64,000 nt of DNA from Patescibacteria group bacterium (GCA_038064695.1 JBBTSO010000001.1:85932-149931), one strand, 5' to 3'; shown: positions 27,940 to 36,882, counted from the stretch's first letter. Notes: generated by a model from the letters alone, not told the origin. Numbers and translations: made by a program.

Positions 27940-28116
27940 CCCGCATAAAACGCCGACTCTATGTCGGCAGTTTTTATAAGGGAGGGGCGCTGGGCCAGGA
28001 ATCGAAAACCGGAGATGCGACGGCATCGAGGTGGGGTCGCGGAATTTTTCAGCAGAAAAATATCCGTGACCGATGCGTGCTTATGTTTTATATAAGACAC
28101 TTCCTGGCGGGGCCAC
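27940..28116 (+). repeat. tRNA 3'-flanking structured element (copy at tRNA-Arg TCT)
   Basis: Antisense CCAGGAATCGAA (27995-28006), scaffold, and terminal copy TTCCTGGCGGGGCCAC (28101-28116, 15/16 identical). Confidence 0.88.
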
Positions 28117-28766
28117 TAAAGCACTATTTCTTTTTTCTCTCTGAGTAGGCGGATACCGAGGTAGGAGAGCGGGGTATACAAGAAACCCATCGCTACCTTA
28201 AAGAGCCACCACGTAATAATAATGCTAATGAGCGTGTTGGTGTCGTAGACTCCCAAAAATGCAATGAGCATAAAAATGACCGTGTCTAAAAGTTGAGACC
28301 ATGTGTTTGAAAGGAATGAGCGAAGCCAAAATAATTTTGCGCCGAATTTTTCTCGAAAAAAGAAAAACGACACTACGTCTTGATACTCTGCAATTAAAAA
28401 CGCCGCGAGCGACGCTACGGCAATGCGAAGCGAAATACCAAATACTTGGTTGTACCCGTTGTGCACCCACTCACCACTTTCTGCCCAGGGAAGCGCGAGC
28501 GAAAGTAGTGAGAATGCAATAAAGAGTGCCGTACTTATAAACCCCGCAAACACAAACAGTTTTGCGATGCGTTTTCCGTACACTTCACCAATAACGTCGG
28601 TCATTAAGAATACGATAGGGAATGAAAACACCGCCACCGAGAGGTGTGAACCAAACAAAAAAGGCATTATTTTTAGCCCGAGCGTGTTTGCGGCAAAAAG
28701 CGCTGTGAGGTACACCGTGAGTGCAATACCAAGGTTGCGAATGGAGCGTTCGGAGAGTTCAGGCAT
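28116..28766 (-). CDS. Queuosine precursor transporter (YhhQ/VUT family)
   Basis: FPIVFLMTDVIGEVYG, RIAVASLAAF, LRSFLSNTWSQLLDT; ATG at 28766 preferred. Confidence 0.9.
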   Translation of the reverse strand: MPELSERSIRNLGIALTVYLTALFAANTLGLKIMPFLFGSHLSVAVFSFPIVFLMTDVIGEVYGKRIAKLFVFAGFISTALFIAFSLLSLALPWAESGEWVHNGYNQVFGISLRIAVASLAAFLIAEYQDVVSFFFFREKFGAKLFWLRSFLSNTWSQLLDTVIFMLIAFLGVYDTNTLISIIITWWLFKVAMGFLYTPLSYLGIRLLREKKEIVL

Positions 28767-28849
28767 AGTGAATGAAAACAGTATGCCACAGAGAAACAAT
28801 AAGCCGAACATTCTTTTTGCGGTCACAATTCTTTATTTTGTGGTCACCC

Positions 28850-29062
28850 GGCGCTGAGAGACTTGGTCAAGCGCTCGTTCGGCGTATAAAACAATGAGCC
28901 GAACATTCTTTATGTGGTCACTCGTCACTAAGTATTTTTCTTCCTGTTGTCGAAAAATACTAAGTGCGTTCGACCCCGCCTCGCGGTCGCGTGCTTCACG
29001 CGACATCACTCCGGCCCCCACAAAGCAAAAAACCGGTACGCAGGTACCGATTTTTGTCTTTG
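28850..29062 (-). repeat. tRNA 3'-flanking structured element (copy at tRNA-Val)
   Basis: Hairpin with the tRNA 3' end, CCGGAGTGATGTC...GAGGCGGGGTCG...GTGACCAC scaffold, terminal CAAGTCTCTCAGCGCC (15/16 to the tRNA 3' end). Confidence 0.85.
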
Positions 29063-29135
29063 TGGGCGCTGAGGGACTTGAACCCCCGACCTTCTCAGTG
29101 TAAATGAGTTGCTCTACCAACTGAGCTAAGCGCCC
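29063..29135 (-). tRNA. tRNA-Val(TAC)
   Basis: GGGCGCTTAGCTCAGTTGGTAGAGCAACTCATT-TAC-ACTGAGAAGGTCGGGGGTTCAAGTCCCTCAGCGCCCA. Confidence 0.93.
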
Positions 29136-29194
29136 GCTGAGTTTGAATCATAGTATATTAAGCGCCGTTTTTCAAACCGCGGTATAGTTCTTGC

Positions 29195-29473
29195 ATGGGC
29201 GCCGCACTGCACACAATTATTTCCGGGCGAGTACAAATGGTGATGTTTCGTGACTTCACCCAACGTAAGGCTCGTGAACTTGGATTAGTTGGGGAGGTGG
29301 AAAATCTCCCCGACGGTACCGTGCGTGTGTACGCCGAAGGGGAGAAAGAAAAACTTGAAAAGCTCGTTGAACATCTTAATAAAGGGCCTCTGCTTGCACA
29401 TGTTGAGAATGTGGCGGTGTCTTTTTCTGATGCGGTTGGGACCCATAAAGATTTTGTCATTCTATTTGAATAA
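29195..29473 (+). CDS. acyP: Acylphosphatase
   Basis: SGRVQMVMFR, GEVENLPDGTV, KGP. Confidence 0.93.
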   Translation: MGAALHTIISGRVQMVMFRDFTQRKARELGLVGEVENLPDGTVRVYAEGEKEKLEKLVEHLNKGPLLAHVENVAVSFSDAVGTHKDFVILFE

Positions 29474-29475
29474 CT

Positions 29476-30195
29476 ATGGATATTATTTTTGAAAACAGTG
29501 ACGTGTGCGTCATCAATAAGCCAGGTGCGATGAGTGCTCACCAGGATGGTTTTCGTGAAGAATATACGGTGTCCGACTGGTTTGTGGAGCATGTGCCTTC
29601 CGCAAAAGATGTCGGGGAGCCGCTGGTTTTAAAAGATGGAACGAGTGTCCCCAGACATGGCGTGGTACACCGGCTCGACAAAGAAACCTCAGGGGTAATG
29701 ATACTCGCCAAAACACAAGAAGCGTTTCTCTTTTTAAAAACACAATTTCAAGACCGCGAAGTTGAAAAAGTGTACCGAGCTTTTTTGTGGGGGGAGATAA
29801 AAGTAGACGGTGGTGTTATAGACAAACCAATCGGGCGCTCTCGAGGGGACTTCCGCACGCGTTCAGCAGAGTTTGGCGCCAAACCACCGCTCCGTGAAGC
29901 CACAACAAACTTCACCGTACTCGCTCGTGGCGGGGGATTTACCTACGTTGAAGCACGGCCAGAAACGGGACGCATGCACCAACTGCGGGTGCACTTTAAG
30001 GCACACGGGAACCCCATTGTGTGTGACAAACTCTATATGCCCAGGCGTGACTGTGCCCTTGGCTTCTCTCGCCTTGCGCTCCATGCCCTTTCCCTTTCTC
30101 TAACCCTTCCCACGGGAGAAAAACATACTGTAGAGGCGCCACTTCCTGAGGATTTTCGCCAGGCAGAAGAAGAGATAAGGAAAAACATTGCTTAA
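29476..30195 (+). CDS. RluA/RluD family pseudouridine synthase
   Basis: INKP, VHRLDKETSG, TGRMHQLRVH, LHA. Confidence 0.93.
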   Translation: MDIIFENSDVCVINKPGAMSAHQDGFREEYTVSDWFVEHVPSAKDVGEPLVLKDGTSVPRHGVVHRLDKETSGVMILAKTQEAFLFLKTQFQDREVEKVYRAFLWGEIKVDGGVIDKPIGRSRGDFRTRSAEFGAKPPLREATTNFTVLARGGGFTYVEARPETGRMHQLRVHFKAHGNPIVCDKLYMPRRDCALGFSRLALHALSLSLTLPTGEKHTVEAPLPEDFRQAEEEIRKNIA

Positions 30196-30225
30196 AAGCT
30201 CGCTTCATGGTATTTTTCTCCGTAC

Positions 30226-30789
30226 ATGACTATTACGCTAGACGCTAAGACTCTCTCACCGGTAAACGTTGAGGAACGCAAAAATCTCGGTATTCGCGCA
30301 GGGGACACTGTTCGCGTACACCAGAAAATTCAGGAAAAGGGTAAAACTCGTATCCAGATTTTTGAGGGGCTCGTTATTGCGCGAAAACACGGCAGTGAAG
30401 CAGGGGCAACCTTCACCGTTCGCGCCACGCTCTCGGGAGTAGGCGTTGAAAAAATCTTTCCTCTTTATTCACCTCTCATTGATAGAATTGAAATCGCTCG
30501 ACGTTCAAAAGTACGACGCGCAAAACTGTACTACATTCGTGAAAAAGTTGCTCGTGAAATCCGCCGACAACTTCGCAATATGCGCATGGTGTCGCTTTCA
30601 ACCGAAAGTGAACGCGAAGTAGCGGAACGTGCTGAGAAAGAAGCTGCTGATGCCGCTGCGACGCTTCAAGCAGAAGCAGAGGCGAAGGCACTTGCTGAAA
30701 AGGAAGCAGCCGAAAAAGAAGCGGCAGCTGCCGCTCCCGCTCCCGTAGAGCCAACTCCAGAGGTGGCCGAGGAAAACAAAGAGGCGTAG
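30226..30789 (+). CDS. rplS: 50S ribosomal protein L19 with Ala/Glu-rich C-terminal tail
   Basis: [32 protein letters not shown]. Confidence 0.97.
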   Translation: MTITLDAKTLSPVNVEERKNLGIRAGDTVRVHQKIQEKGKTRIQIFEGLVIARKHGSEAGATFTVRATLSGVGVEKIFPLYSPLIDRIEIARRSKVRRAKLYYIREKVAREIRRQLRNMRMVSLSTESEREVAERAEKEAADAAATLQAEAEAKALAEKEAAEKEAAAAAPAPVEPTPEVAEENKEA

Positions 30790-30805
30790 TATAGGATATA
30801 TATAT

Positions 30806-31006
30806 ATGTCTTCTATAGAAGAAAGGGCAGGTTTAAAACAGGCTGGTAGAGAACTAAGAGACGTTGGAGTGTATGTAATAGGATGGAGTGCGTTCCATTT
30901 GTTTGCGACCATTCCTGCCATTGTTGTAGGAATAGTTGCAACGCATGCCCTTTTTAATGACATTCCTCTTGATGAGGCGTTTTCTATATTTGCCACAGAG
31001 GAATAG
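30806..31006 (+). CDS. Orphan small membrane protein
   Basis: 66 aa with a central hydrophobic segment. Confidence 0.55.
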   Translation: MSSIEERAGLKQAGRELRDVGVYVIGWSAFHLFATIPAIVVGIVATHALFNDIPLDEAFSIFATEE

Positions 31007-31048
31007 TTTTGTTTGCAAAAAGGCAAAAACCCCATAGAATACAAACAC

Positions 31049-31122
31049 GCGCAGGTATGCAAGTATACCTGAGCAGCATTCGTAGAAAATGCGCACGTTG
31101 TCGCTCGTTTTCCTACTCATTT
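31049..31122 (+). repeat. tRNA 5'-flanking element, short copy (tRNA-Leu)
   Basis: GCGCAGGT (identical to the tRNA-Leu 5' end)-ATGCAAGT-ATACCTGAGC hairpin, then AGCATTC. Confidence 0.7.
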
Positions 31123-31206
31123 GCGCAGGTGGCGAAATTGGTAGACGCACTACCTTGAGGTGGTAGCTCCCGCAAGGGAATGGAGGTTCAAATCCTCTCC
31201 TGCGCA
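31123..31206 (+). tRNA. tRNA-Leu(GAG)
   Basis: GCGCAGGTGGCGAAATTGGTAGACGCACTACCTT-GAG-GTGGTAG, variable arm, GGTTCAAATCCTCTCCTGCGCA. Confidence 0.95.
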
Positions 31207-31365
31207 CACGGCCCAAAAACTCAAACTTCTTTGAGTTTTTGGGCACGTATGCGGGCCGGAGCCATGTTTTCCGTTTCGGAAAACGGGCGAGGAGGGGTCA
31301 CAACCGAGGCGAACGACGGTAAGCCGAGAGTTGTGACCACACGGCGATAAATCCGCATCCCGCTT
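31207..31365 (+). repeat. tRNA 3'-flanking structured element (copy at tRNA-Leu)
   Basis: Hairpin GCCCAAAAACTCAAA/TTTGAGTTTTTGGGC and scaffold CCGGAGCCATGT...GAGGAGGGGTCACAAC...GTTGTGACCAC. Confidence 0.75.
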
Positions 31366-31371
31366 CTTCAT

Positions 31372-31444
31372 GGTGGCTATGGTGTAACGGTTAACACTGG
31401 AGCTTGTGGAGCTCTCGATCAGGGTTCGATTCCCTGTAGCCACC
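31372..31444 (+). tRNA. tRNA-His(GTG)
   Basis: G(-1)GTGGCTATGGTGTAACGGTTAACACTGGAGCTT-GTG-GAGCTCTCGATCAGGGTTCGATTCCCTGTAGCCACC. Confidence 0.95.
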
Positions 31445-31630
31445 CAGAATAATAAAATTCCGCGCGTGCGGGTTTTTTATTGCTCTGGGGGCTAAACGAG
31501 CAAATTGTTTTGCTCGTGTTGGGAATCGAAAGTCGGAGCCATGTCGCTTGCGACAGGTGAGACCGGGTAGGAGCCACTTAACGAGTGTGGCGAGTTTAGT
31601 GAGCTGGCGCCGATTCCCTGTAGCCACCCA
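31445..31630 (+). repeat. tRNA 3'-flanking structured element (copy at tRNA-His)
   Basis: Antisense TGGGGGCTA...GGGAATCGAA, scaffold CGGAGCCATGTC...GAGACCGGGT, and an exact 20-bp repeat CGATTCCCTGTAGCCACCCA (31427-31446 = 31611-31630). Confidence 0.88.
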
Positions 31631-31655
31631 TTTTGTACGTTATAGTTTGAGTAAC

Positions 31656-32735
31656 GTGAAAAGTTTTTTTGAGTTACTGGAGAGATACAAACAACGCCTT
31701 CCTACCGTTGCGCTGGTGGTTGGTTTCGTTGTTGACATCATTACCTTTCGAAATCTTAACCTCTTCTACTCGCAAATTATCCTTGCAACACACCTTGCCA
31801 TTGTGGCGTTTTCAATTTTGATTATCGCGCTTCCCGTAAAAGCTGCTCGAGACTCATTTTTTATGAAAGTGCGGTCATGGCTACCAGTTGCACAGCAGTA
31901 TTCAACGGGTAACCTTCTCTCTGCGTATGTGGTGTTGTACTCAGCGAGCGCCTCAATCGTGAACAGTTGGATATTTTTTGCGCTCCTTGCGCTCAGCGTG
32001 TTAGGAAATGAACTCTTCAAATTAAAGAAGTATCAACTATCTTTCAACACCTCGCTCTTCTTTTTAAACCTGCTGCTCTTCTTTGCTCTAGCGCTTCCGA
32101 TTGTGGTGGGTTCAATTTCAGTAGCGACTTTCTTGCTCGCGTTGATTGCCGGTGCGGTTGTTTTTCAGATTTTTCAATGGATTCTCAGATTCGTGGCGAA
32201 AGAGGTTTTTTTGCGAAACCGCAAAGGCATTCACCGCGGCGCGCAATTCGTGTTTGTGTTCCTTACCGTTCTTTATTTTTTGAACATCATTCCACCTATT
32301 CCGCTTTCACTCAAAGTTGCTGATTTTTATCACCGCGTAGAAAAGGTAGGAAGCGAGTATGTGGCGTACGACGAACCGCGCGGGTTTTTTGAACATTTTT
32401 TTACCGTGCAGGGGAAAACGCTCCGCCTTGCGCAAGGTGAAGACGCATACCTCTTTAGTGCCGTTTTTGCTCCGGCGCGCATCGACGCGAACATCGTTCA
32501 CCGGTGGGAGTTTTTTGACCTGACCTCTGGGCAGTGGCATGCAAAAAATGAAGTAGGGTTCTCTATTGTAGGAGGGCGAGACTTAGGGTATAGAGTATTT
32601 TCTTATACCGAAGACCCCGTGCCTGGCAGGTGGCGGGTATCGGTTGCGACCACCAAAGGTCAGGTGATCGGGCGAGCGTATGTTTTTGTTGAGCGCGTAA
32701 ATACGCCGCCCCTCTTAGAAAGTTTTCAACAGTAA
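31656..32735 (+). CDS. Multi-TM protein with C-terminal DUF2914-like domain
   Basis: About 8 TM segments, NIIPPIPLSL, FSAVFAP, GGRDLGYR, PGRWRVSV; GTG start inferred. Confidence 0.8.
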   Translation: MKSFFELLERYKQRLPTVALVVGFVVDIITFRNLNLFYSQIILATHLAIVAFSILIIALPVKAARDSFFMKVRSWLPVAQQYSTGNLLSAYVVLYSASASIVNSWIFFALLALSVLGNELFKLKKYQLSFNTSLFFLNLLLFFALALPIVVGSISVATFLLALIAGAVVFQIFQWILRFVAKEVFLRNRKGIHRGAQFVFVFLTVLYFLNIIPPIPLSLKVADFYHRVEKVGSEYVAYDEPRGFFEHFFTVQGKTLRLAQGEDAYLFSAVFAPARIDANIVHRWEFFDLTSGQWHAKNEVGFSIVGGRDLGYRVFSYTEDPVPGRWRVSVATTKGQVIGRAYVFVERVNTPPLLESFQQ

Positions 32736-32775
32736 TTTTTTTGAGAAGTAGCTATGACGGTGTACGGTTACCCAC

Positions 32776-33006
32776 ATGAGAGAGAAATTTTTTAATTCAC
32801 TTTACGCGTCTCTAGAGTGGCGATTTTTTGCCTTTGTCATCACGAATCTTTTTCTTTGGACAACCTCGCACTCCTTTTGGAAGGCGGCAGGACTCGCGTT
32901 AGCGCTTCAAATTATTCTTTTTGTCGCGTACACCTTCTGGCATTTTGTTCGCCACGAACACGGGCTTGACCGAATGTTTGCTGGTACGCCCCCACAACGC
33001 TCATAA
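32776..33006 (+). CDS. Small membrane protein (DUF2061-like)
   Basis: SLEWRFFAFVIT; two TM segments. Confidence 0.55.
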   Translation: MREKFFNSLYASLEWRFFAFVITNLFLWTTSHSFWKAAGLALALQIILFVAYTFWHFVRHEHGLDRMFAGTPPQRS

Positions 33007-33035
33007 GGGTAGTAGGAGTTTGCTAGACTGAATGT

Positions 33036-33419
33036 ATGCACTACATTCAAAACCTTGAAGACGATACACGCGCCAACACGAACTTTAGAACGGTCGTCTA
33101 CACGGACCCTCGTTTTCAGTTGGTCCTTATGAGTCTTTTACCAGGGGAAGACATTGGAGAAGAGGTGCACGACCTGGATCAGTTTATTCGCATTGAAGTA
33201 GGTAATGGGCAGGCAGTTGTTGACGGTACTACCCATGTGCTTTTTCCAGGAAGTGCCGTCATTATTCCAAAAGGAGCGCGCCACAACATTGTAAATACCT
33301 CAGAGGCCGAAGCGCTTAAGCTCTACTCCGTGTATGCGCCCGCACAACATCCCGCGGGAACCGTGCATAAGACTAAAGCTGAAGCGCAAATCGCTGAAGC
33401 AGGAGAGCACGGAAATTAA
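33036..33419 (+). CDS. Cupin domain protein
   Basis: QLVLMSL.PGEDIGEEVH.DQF, GARHNIVN, LKLYSVYAP.QHP. Confidence 0.9.
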   Translation: MHYIQNLEDDTRANTNFRTVVYTDPRFQLVLMSLLPGEDIGEEVHDLDQFIRIEVGNGQAVVDGTTHVLFPGSAVIIPKGARHNIVNTSEAEALKLYSVYAPAQHPAGTVHKTKAEAQIAEAGEHGN

Positions 33420-33515
33420 TAACTAATGCAGGTCGGCGCTTGCGTCGCGTCGTAAGGACGGTACGCGACATGATCCCGCAGGATCAATTGCGCCGGCCTG
33501 ACTTCGCTAAGTCAC

Positions 33516-33635
33516 ATGAAAAAACAAATTCCTTTTCGAGGCACTGGAGATAAACGAACGTCACCTATGCGCGTTGCCCCTCGTATGGGCAATCAGCAGA
33601 AAAATAGGGGAATGAAAAAATCTTCTCGAGGGTAA
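33516..33635 (+). CDS. Putative 39-aa basic peptide (not in ORF track)
   Basis: MKKQIPFRGTGDKRTSPMRVAPRMGNQQKNRGMKKSSRG*; its stop abuts the convergent ZIP gene stop. Confidence 0.45.
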   Translation: MKKQIPFRGTGDKRTSPMRVAPRMGNQQKNRGMKKSSRG

Positions 33636-34424
33636 CTATTCAACCAAGAGGAGCGCGAACATTATTCCAATACCAACAATAACGGCAATAAATTCAACCG
33701 CTGACTTGACCGGGTGATGCGTTTTTTGTAATTCAGGAACAAGATTTGCGGCGGCAATATAAATAAACCCGCCGGCGGTGAGCGCGATGGCAATGGGCTC
33801 AATTGATTCTATGCGGTCTCCGAGCGCGAGGAACGCAAAAATGCCCAAGAACGCAGTGATGGCAGAAATAAAATTCCAAAACAGTGCTTCGGCACGCGTG
33901 TACCCTGAGTGTAAGAGGAGCGCGTAGTCGCTCACTTCCTGAGGAACTTCGTGAAGAAATACGGCAACGGTCGTTGCAATACCTACAGGAATTGAGACAA
34001 AGTAACTGGCAGCAATAATACCGCCATCTATAAAGTTGTGAACACCGTCTCCGAAGAGCACCAAAAGCCCGAGTGGTTTTTTATTGCTGACGACACACAC
34101 CTCTCCCGGCGGGCATACTTTGTGGTGATTTGTTTTATTGTACCAACGGAGGTATTTCTCCAAGAAAAAAAAGAGGACAATGCCCGACAGTACGGCCCCC
34201 GCAAAAAGAGCACCGCTCAAACCTGCTTCAAAGACTTCAGGAATAAGGTGAATAAACGCGTCTCCTAAAAGGGCGCCCGCGGCGAGTCCAATAAAAACGT
34301 GCATACTTTTTTTTATCAGCCGGTCGTGTTTTGAGAATATAAAAATGCCAATGAGTGAGATGAGACTCACTATAAGGGTACTGAGAAGTGCGTAGGCAAG
34401 GGGGGTTGTCATAAGTTCCTGCAC
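33636..34424 (-). CDS. ZIP family metal (zinc) transporter
   Basis: GDAFIHLIPE, GDGVHNFIDG, HEVPQE. Confidence 0.93.
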   Translation of the reverse strand: MQELMTTPLAYALLSTLIVSLISLIGIFIFSKHDRLIKKSMHVFIGLAAGALLGDAFIHLIPEVFEAGLSGALFAGAVLSGIVLFFFLEKYLRWYNKTNHHKVCPPGEVCVVSNKKPLGLLVLFGDGVHNFIDGGIIAASYFVSIPVGIATTVAVFLHEVPQEVSDYALLLHSGYTRAEALFWNFISAITAFLGIFAFLALGDRIESIEPIAIALTAGGFIYIAAANLVPELQKTHHPVKSAVEFIAVIVGIGIMFALLLVE

Positions 34425-34573
34425 AGAGAGGATTCCTATATTCTAGTATACCTCTCCCTGCGCCAGGTGAAAGAAATTCGTTGCTCAGGCGTCTTTGAAT
34501 TGTAACCACCCTTTATTACAACAGTGGTACAATTTTGAGATAGAAACCTAAACGTCATAACCATAAAAACCAT

Positions 34574-35362
34574 ATGAAACTTTTCGAAAGTGCCCGCATT
34601 GAAAAACTTGCCGCACTCTTTCTGTTAGTCGCTGCACTCCTCGTTGCTTTCCAAGCGATTGGTGCACTAAAGGGCCTTTTTGAGCCACGCGCTGCCTACG
34701 GCAACGTCATCACCGTGGAAGGGGTAGGAAAGGTAACGGCAATTCCTGACATTGCACGCGTCTCGTTTAGCGTAAACGAAGAAGCTGACACTGCAGCCGA
34801 TGCACAGGAAATGGCAGCGGAGAAAATTAATGCCGCATTGGATCTTCTAAAAGGCGAGCTCGGAATTGAAGAAAAAGATATCAAAACCACGTCGTACAAC
34901 ATTTCTCCAAAGTATTCGTACCCACGTCCTTGCTACAGCGGATTCTGTCCCGAAATACAGTACGAACAAACTATCATCGGATATACCGCGTCACAGTCCA
35001 TTGAAGTAAAAATCCGTGACACTAAAACAGTAGGGGATGTGCTTGTAGCGCTCGGAGGTGTCGGTATTGAAAACCTCTCAGGGCCAAGCTTCACCATTGA
35101 TGATCCTGAAGCGCTCAAAGCAGAAGCGCGCGAAGAGGCAATTGAGCAAGCACGTACTAAAGCGAAGGAGTTAGCAAAAGACCTCAACGTGCGTTTGGTT
35201 CGCGTGACGGGGTTCTGGGAGAACACTGGCGGATATTACCCTTACGCTGAAAAAGCATACGGCCTTGGGGGTGACATGGCAGTCAGTTCAGTTGCACCAG
35301 AATTGCCTCTCGGGGAGAGTGAAGTGCAGGTAAACGTCTCAGTGACCTACGAAATTCGCTAA
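34574..35362 (+). CDS. SIMPL (DUF541) domain protein
   Basis: ITVEGVGKV.AIPDIA, AREEAI..A..KA, GESEVQVNVSVTYEI. Confidence 0.9.
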   Translation: MKLFESARIEKLAALFLLVAALLVAFQAIGALKGLFEPRAAYGNVITVEGVGKVTAIPDIARVSFSVNEEADTAADAQEMAAEKINAALDLLKGELGIEEKDIKTTSYNISPKYSYPRPCYSGFCPEIQYEQTIIGYTASQSIEVKIRDTKTVGDVLVALGGVGIENLSGPSFTIDDPEALKAEAREEAIEQARTKAKELAKDLNVRLVRVTGFWENTGGYYPYAEKAYGLGGDMAVSSVAPELPLGESEVQVNVSVTYEIR

Positions 35363-35373
35363 GAAACTTTTCA

Positions 35374-35406
35374 AAAACAGCACCTTGACAAAGGTGCTGT
35401 TTTTTT
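35374..35406 (+). terminator. Intrinsic terminator
   Basis: AAAACAGCACCTT-GACA-AAGGTGCTGTTTTTTT. Confidence 0.75.
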
Positions 35407-35420
35407 GTTTCATATACTCT

Positions 35421-35600
35421 ATGAGTAAATTCATTGAGTCTTTTGACACAAATCAATCAAGCTCTGTTGAGTGGAATGAAGTTCTTGGTCCCATTGTGGC
35501 CATTCTAGCTATAAGTATCCTTCCTTACCTGCTGAATCGGCTAATTTGGGGCAAGCACGTAAGTGTACCTCCAGGTCAGGATTTTTCACTAAAGTTTTGA
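35421..35600 (+). CDS. Orphan single-TM small protein
   Basis: MSKFIES...VLGPIVAILAISILPYLL. Confidence 0.55.
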   Translation: MSKFIESFDTNQSSSVEWNEVLGPIVAILAISILPYLLNRLIWGKHVSVPPGQDFSLKF

Positions 35601-35666
35601 CTCCCGTTGTTCCACATGCTAGTATTTAAAAAGGCCCGGGGAAGGGGCCTTTTTAAATACAAAAAT

Positions 35667-35855
35667 ATGAAATCATTCTTGGACTATCTTGCTGGCGTTC
35701 GCGCTGAACTCACTCACATAAAGTGGCCTACCACCGCGCAGGCGATGGGGTACACGGTGCTCGTTATCGTGGTGTCTCTTGTCGTTGCGGCACTCCTCGG
35801 GGTGTTTGATTTTGCGTTCACGCTCGGTATTGAAGAAATTATTAAAAACTTTTAA
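35667..35855 (+). CDS. secE: Preprotein translocase SecE
   Basis: ELTHIKWPT motif, one TM, upstream of nusG. Confidence 0.93.
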   Translation: MKSFLDYLAGVRAELTHIKWPTTAQAMGYTVLVIVVSLVVAALLGVFDFAFTLGIEEIIKNF

Positions 35856-35863
35856 TTTTTTCT

Positions 35864-36409
35864 ATGGCAAAACAAACACAACAGGGAGAGCGAGGATGGT
35901 ACGCGGTGCACACCTACTCAGGGTACGAAAACGCAGTACTGCGCAATTTGAAACAGCGCATTGAAAGCCTAGGTATGGGACACAAAATTTTTGATGTCGT
36001 GATTCCTTCGGAGAAAAAAATTAAAGTAACCGGCGGAAAGCGTCAAACGGTAGATGAAAAAATTTACCCAGGCTACATTCTCATTGACATGGTGGTTGAC
36101 GACGAAAGCTGGTTCGTTGTTCGTAACACTCCGCGCGTAACGGGCTTTGTGGGAGCAGGGACTACGCCGGTTCCACTCACCCAGGCAGAGCTGGACGTAC
36201 TGTTTAAACGTATGTCCACCGATACCGCAAAACACAAAATTGATTTCACTCCTGGCGAGGCGGTTGTGGTTATGGACGGTCCTTTTAAAGACCTGGAAGG
36301 GAGAATTGGCGAAATTGACGAGGAGAAAGGAAAAATTAAAGTCTTGGTTTCAATGTTCGGTCGCGAGACCCCCGTTGAACTGGACTTCTTGCAAGTCAGG
36401 AAAATATAA
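35864..36409 (+). CDS. nusG: Transcription termination/antitermination factor NusG
   Basis: [35 protein letters not shown]. Confidence 0.97.
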   Translation: MAKQTQQGERGWYAVHTYSGYENAVLRNLKQRIESLGMGHKIFDVVIPSEKKIKVTGGKRQTVDEKIYPGYILIDMVVDDESWFVVRNTPRVTGFVGAGTTPVPLTQAELDVLFKRMSTDTAKHKIDFTPGEAVVVMDGPFKDLEGRIGEIDEEKGKIKVLVSMFGRETPVELDFLQVRKI

Positions 36410-36428
36410 GTAGTATTGAATAACCTCT

Positions 36429-36857
36429 ATGGCAAAAAAGAAAATCACTAAGGTCATTAAGCTTCAGATCCCCGGCGGGGCAGCAACTCCTGCGCCACCT
36501 ATCGGTACCGTTCTTGGTCCTGCAGGCGTTAACATCGGTGAGTTTGTAAACCAGTTTAACCAGAAAACACAAGACAAGCGTGGCGACATCGTTCGTGTAG
36601 AATTGACCGTCTACGAAGACCGTACGTTTGATTTCATAATGAAACAGCCACCTGCGGCTCGCATTCTCTTGAAACTTCTTGGGAAAGATAAAGGATCAGG
36701 AAAAACTCCTGCGGTAAAAGCTGGCGTACTCACCAAAGCGCAACTTCGTGAGGCAGCAGAGAAAAAAATGTCAGACTTAAACACCGAAGATGTTGATCAA
36801 GCCATGAAAATTATGGCAGGCACCGCCCGAAGCATGGGGATTGACGTGAAAGAATAA
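36429..36857 (+). CDS. rplK: 50S ribosomal protein L11
   Basis: [16 protein letters not shown]...GTARSMG. Confidence 0.97.
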   Translation: MAKKKITKVIKLQIPGGAATPAPPIGTVLGPAGVNIGEFVNQFNQKTQDKRGDIVRVELTVYEDRTFDFIMKQPPAARILLKLLGKDKGSGKTPAVKAGVLTKAQLREAAEKKMSDLNTEDVDQAMKIMAGTARSMGIDVKE

Positions 36858-36882
36858 AAACATCTGACACTATACAAACAAT

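Noticed and set aside
28767-28850. preQ1 riboswitch upstream of the queuosine precursor transporter
   Set aside because: No recognisable preQ1-I stem/loop consensus; the A-rich tracts belong to the duplicated element tails.
29159-29166. GGCGCTTA copy of the tRNA-Val 5' end, 31 nt upstream
   Set aside because: It lies within the promoter spacer (TTGAAA-17-TATGAT) and lacks the hairpin and scaffold, so it may be chance.
31427-31630. Classical integrase-type genomic island at tRNA-His
   Set aside because: Only 184 bp separates the repeats, with no ORF, and no integrase is in the window; treated instead as part of the element family.
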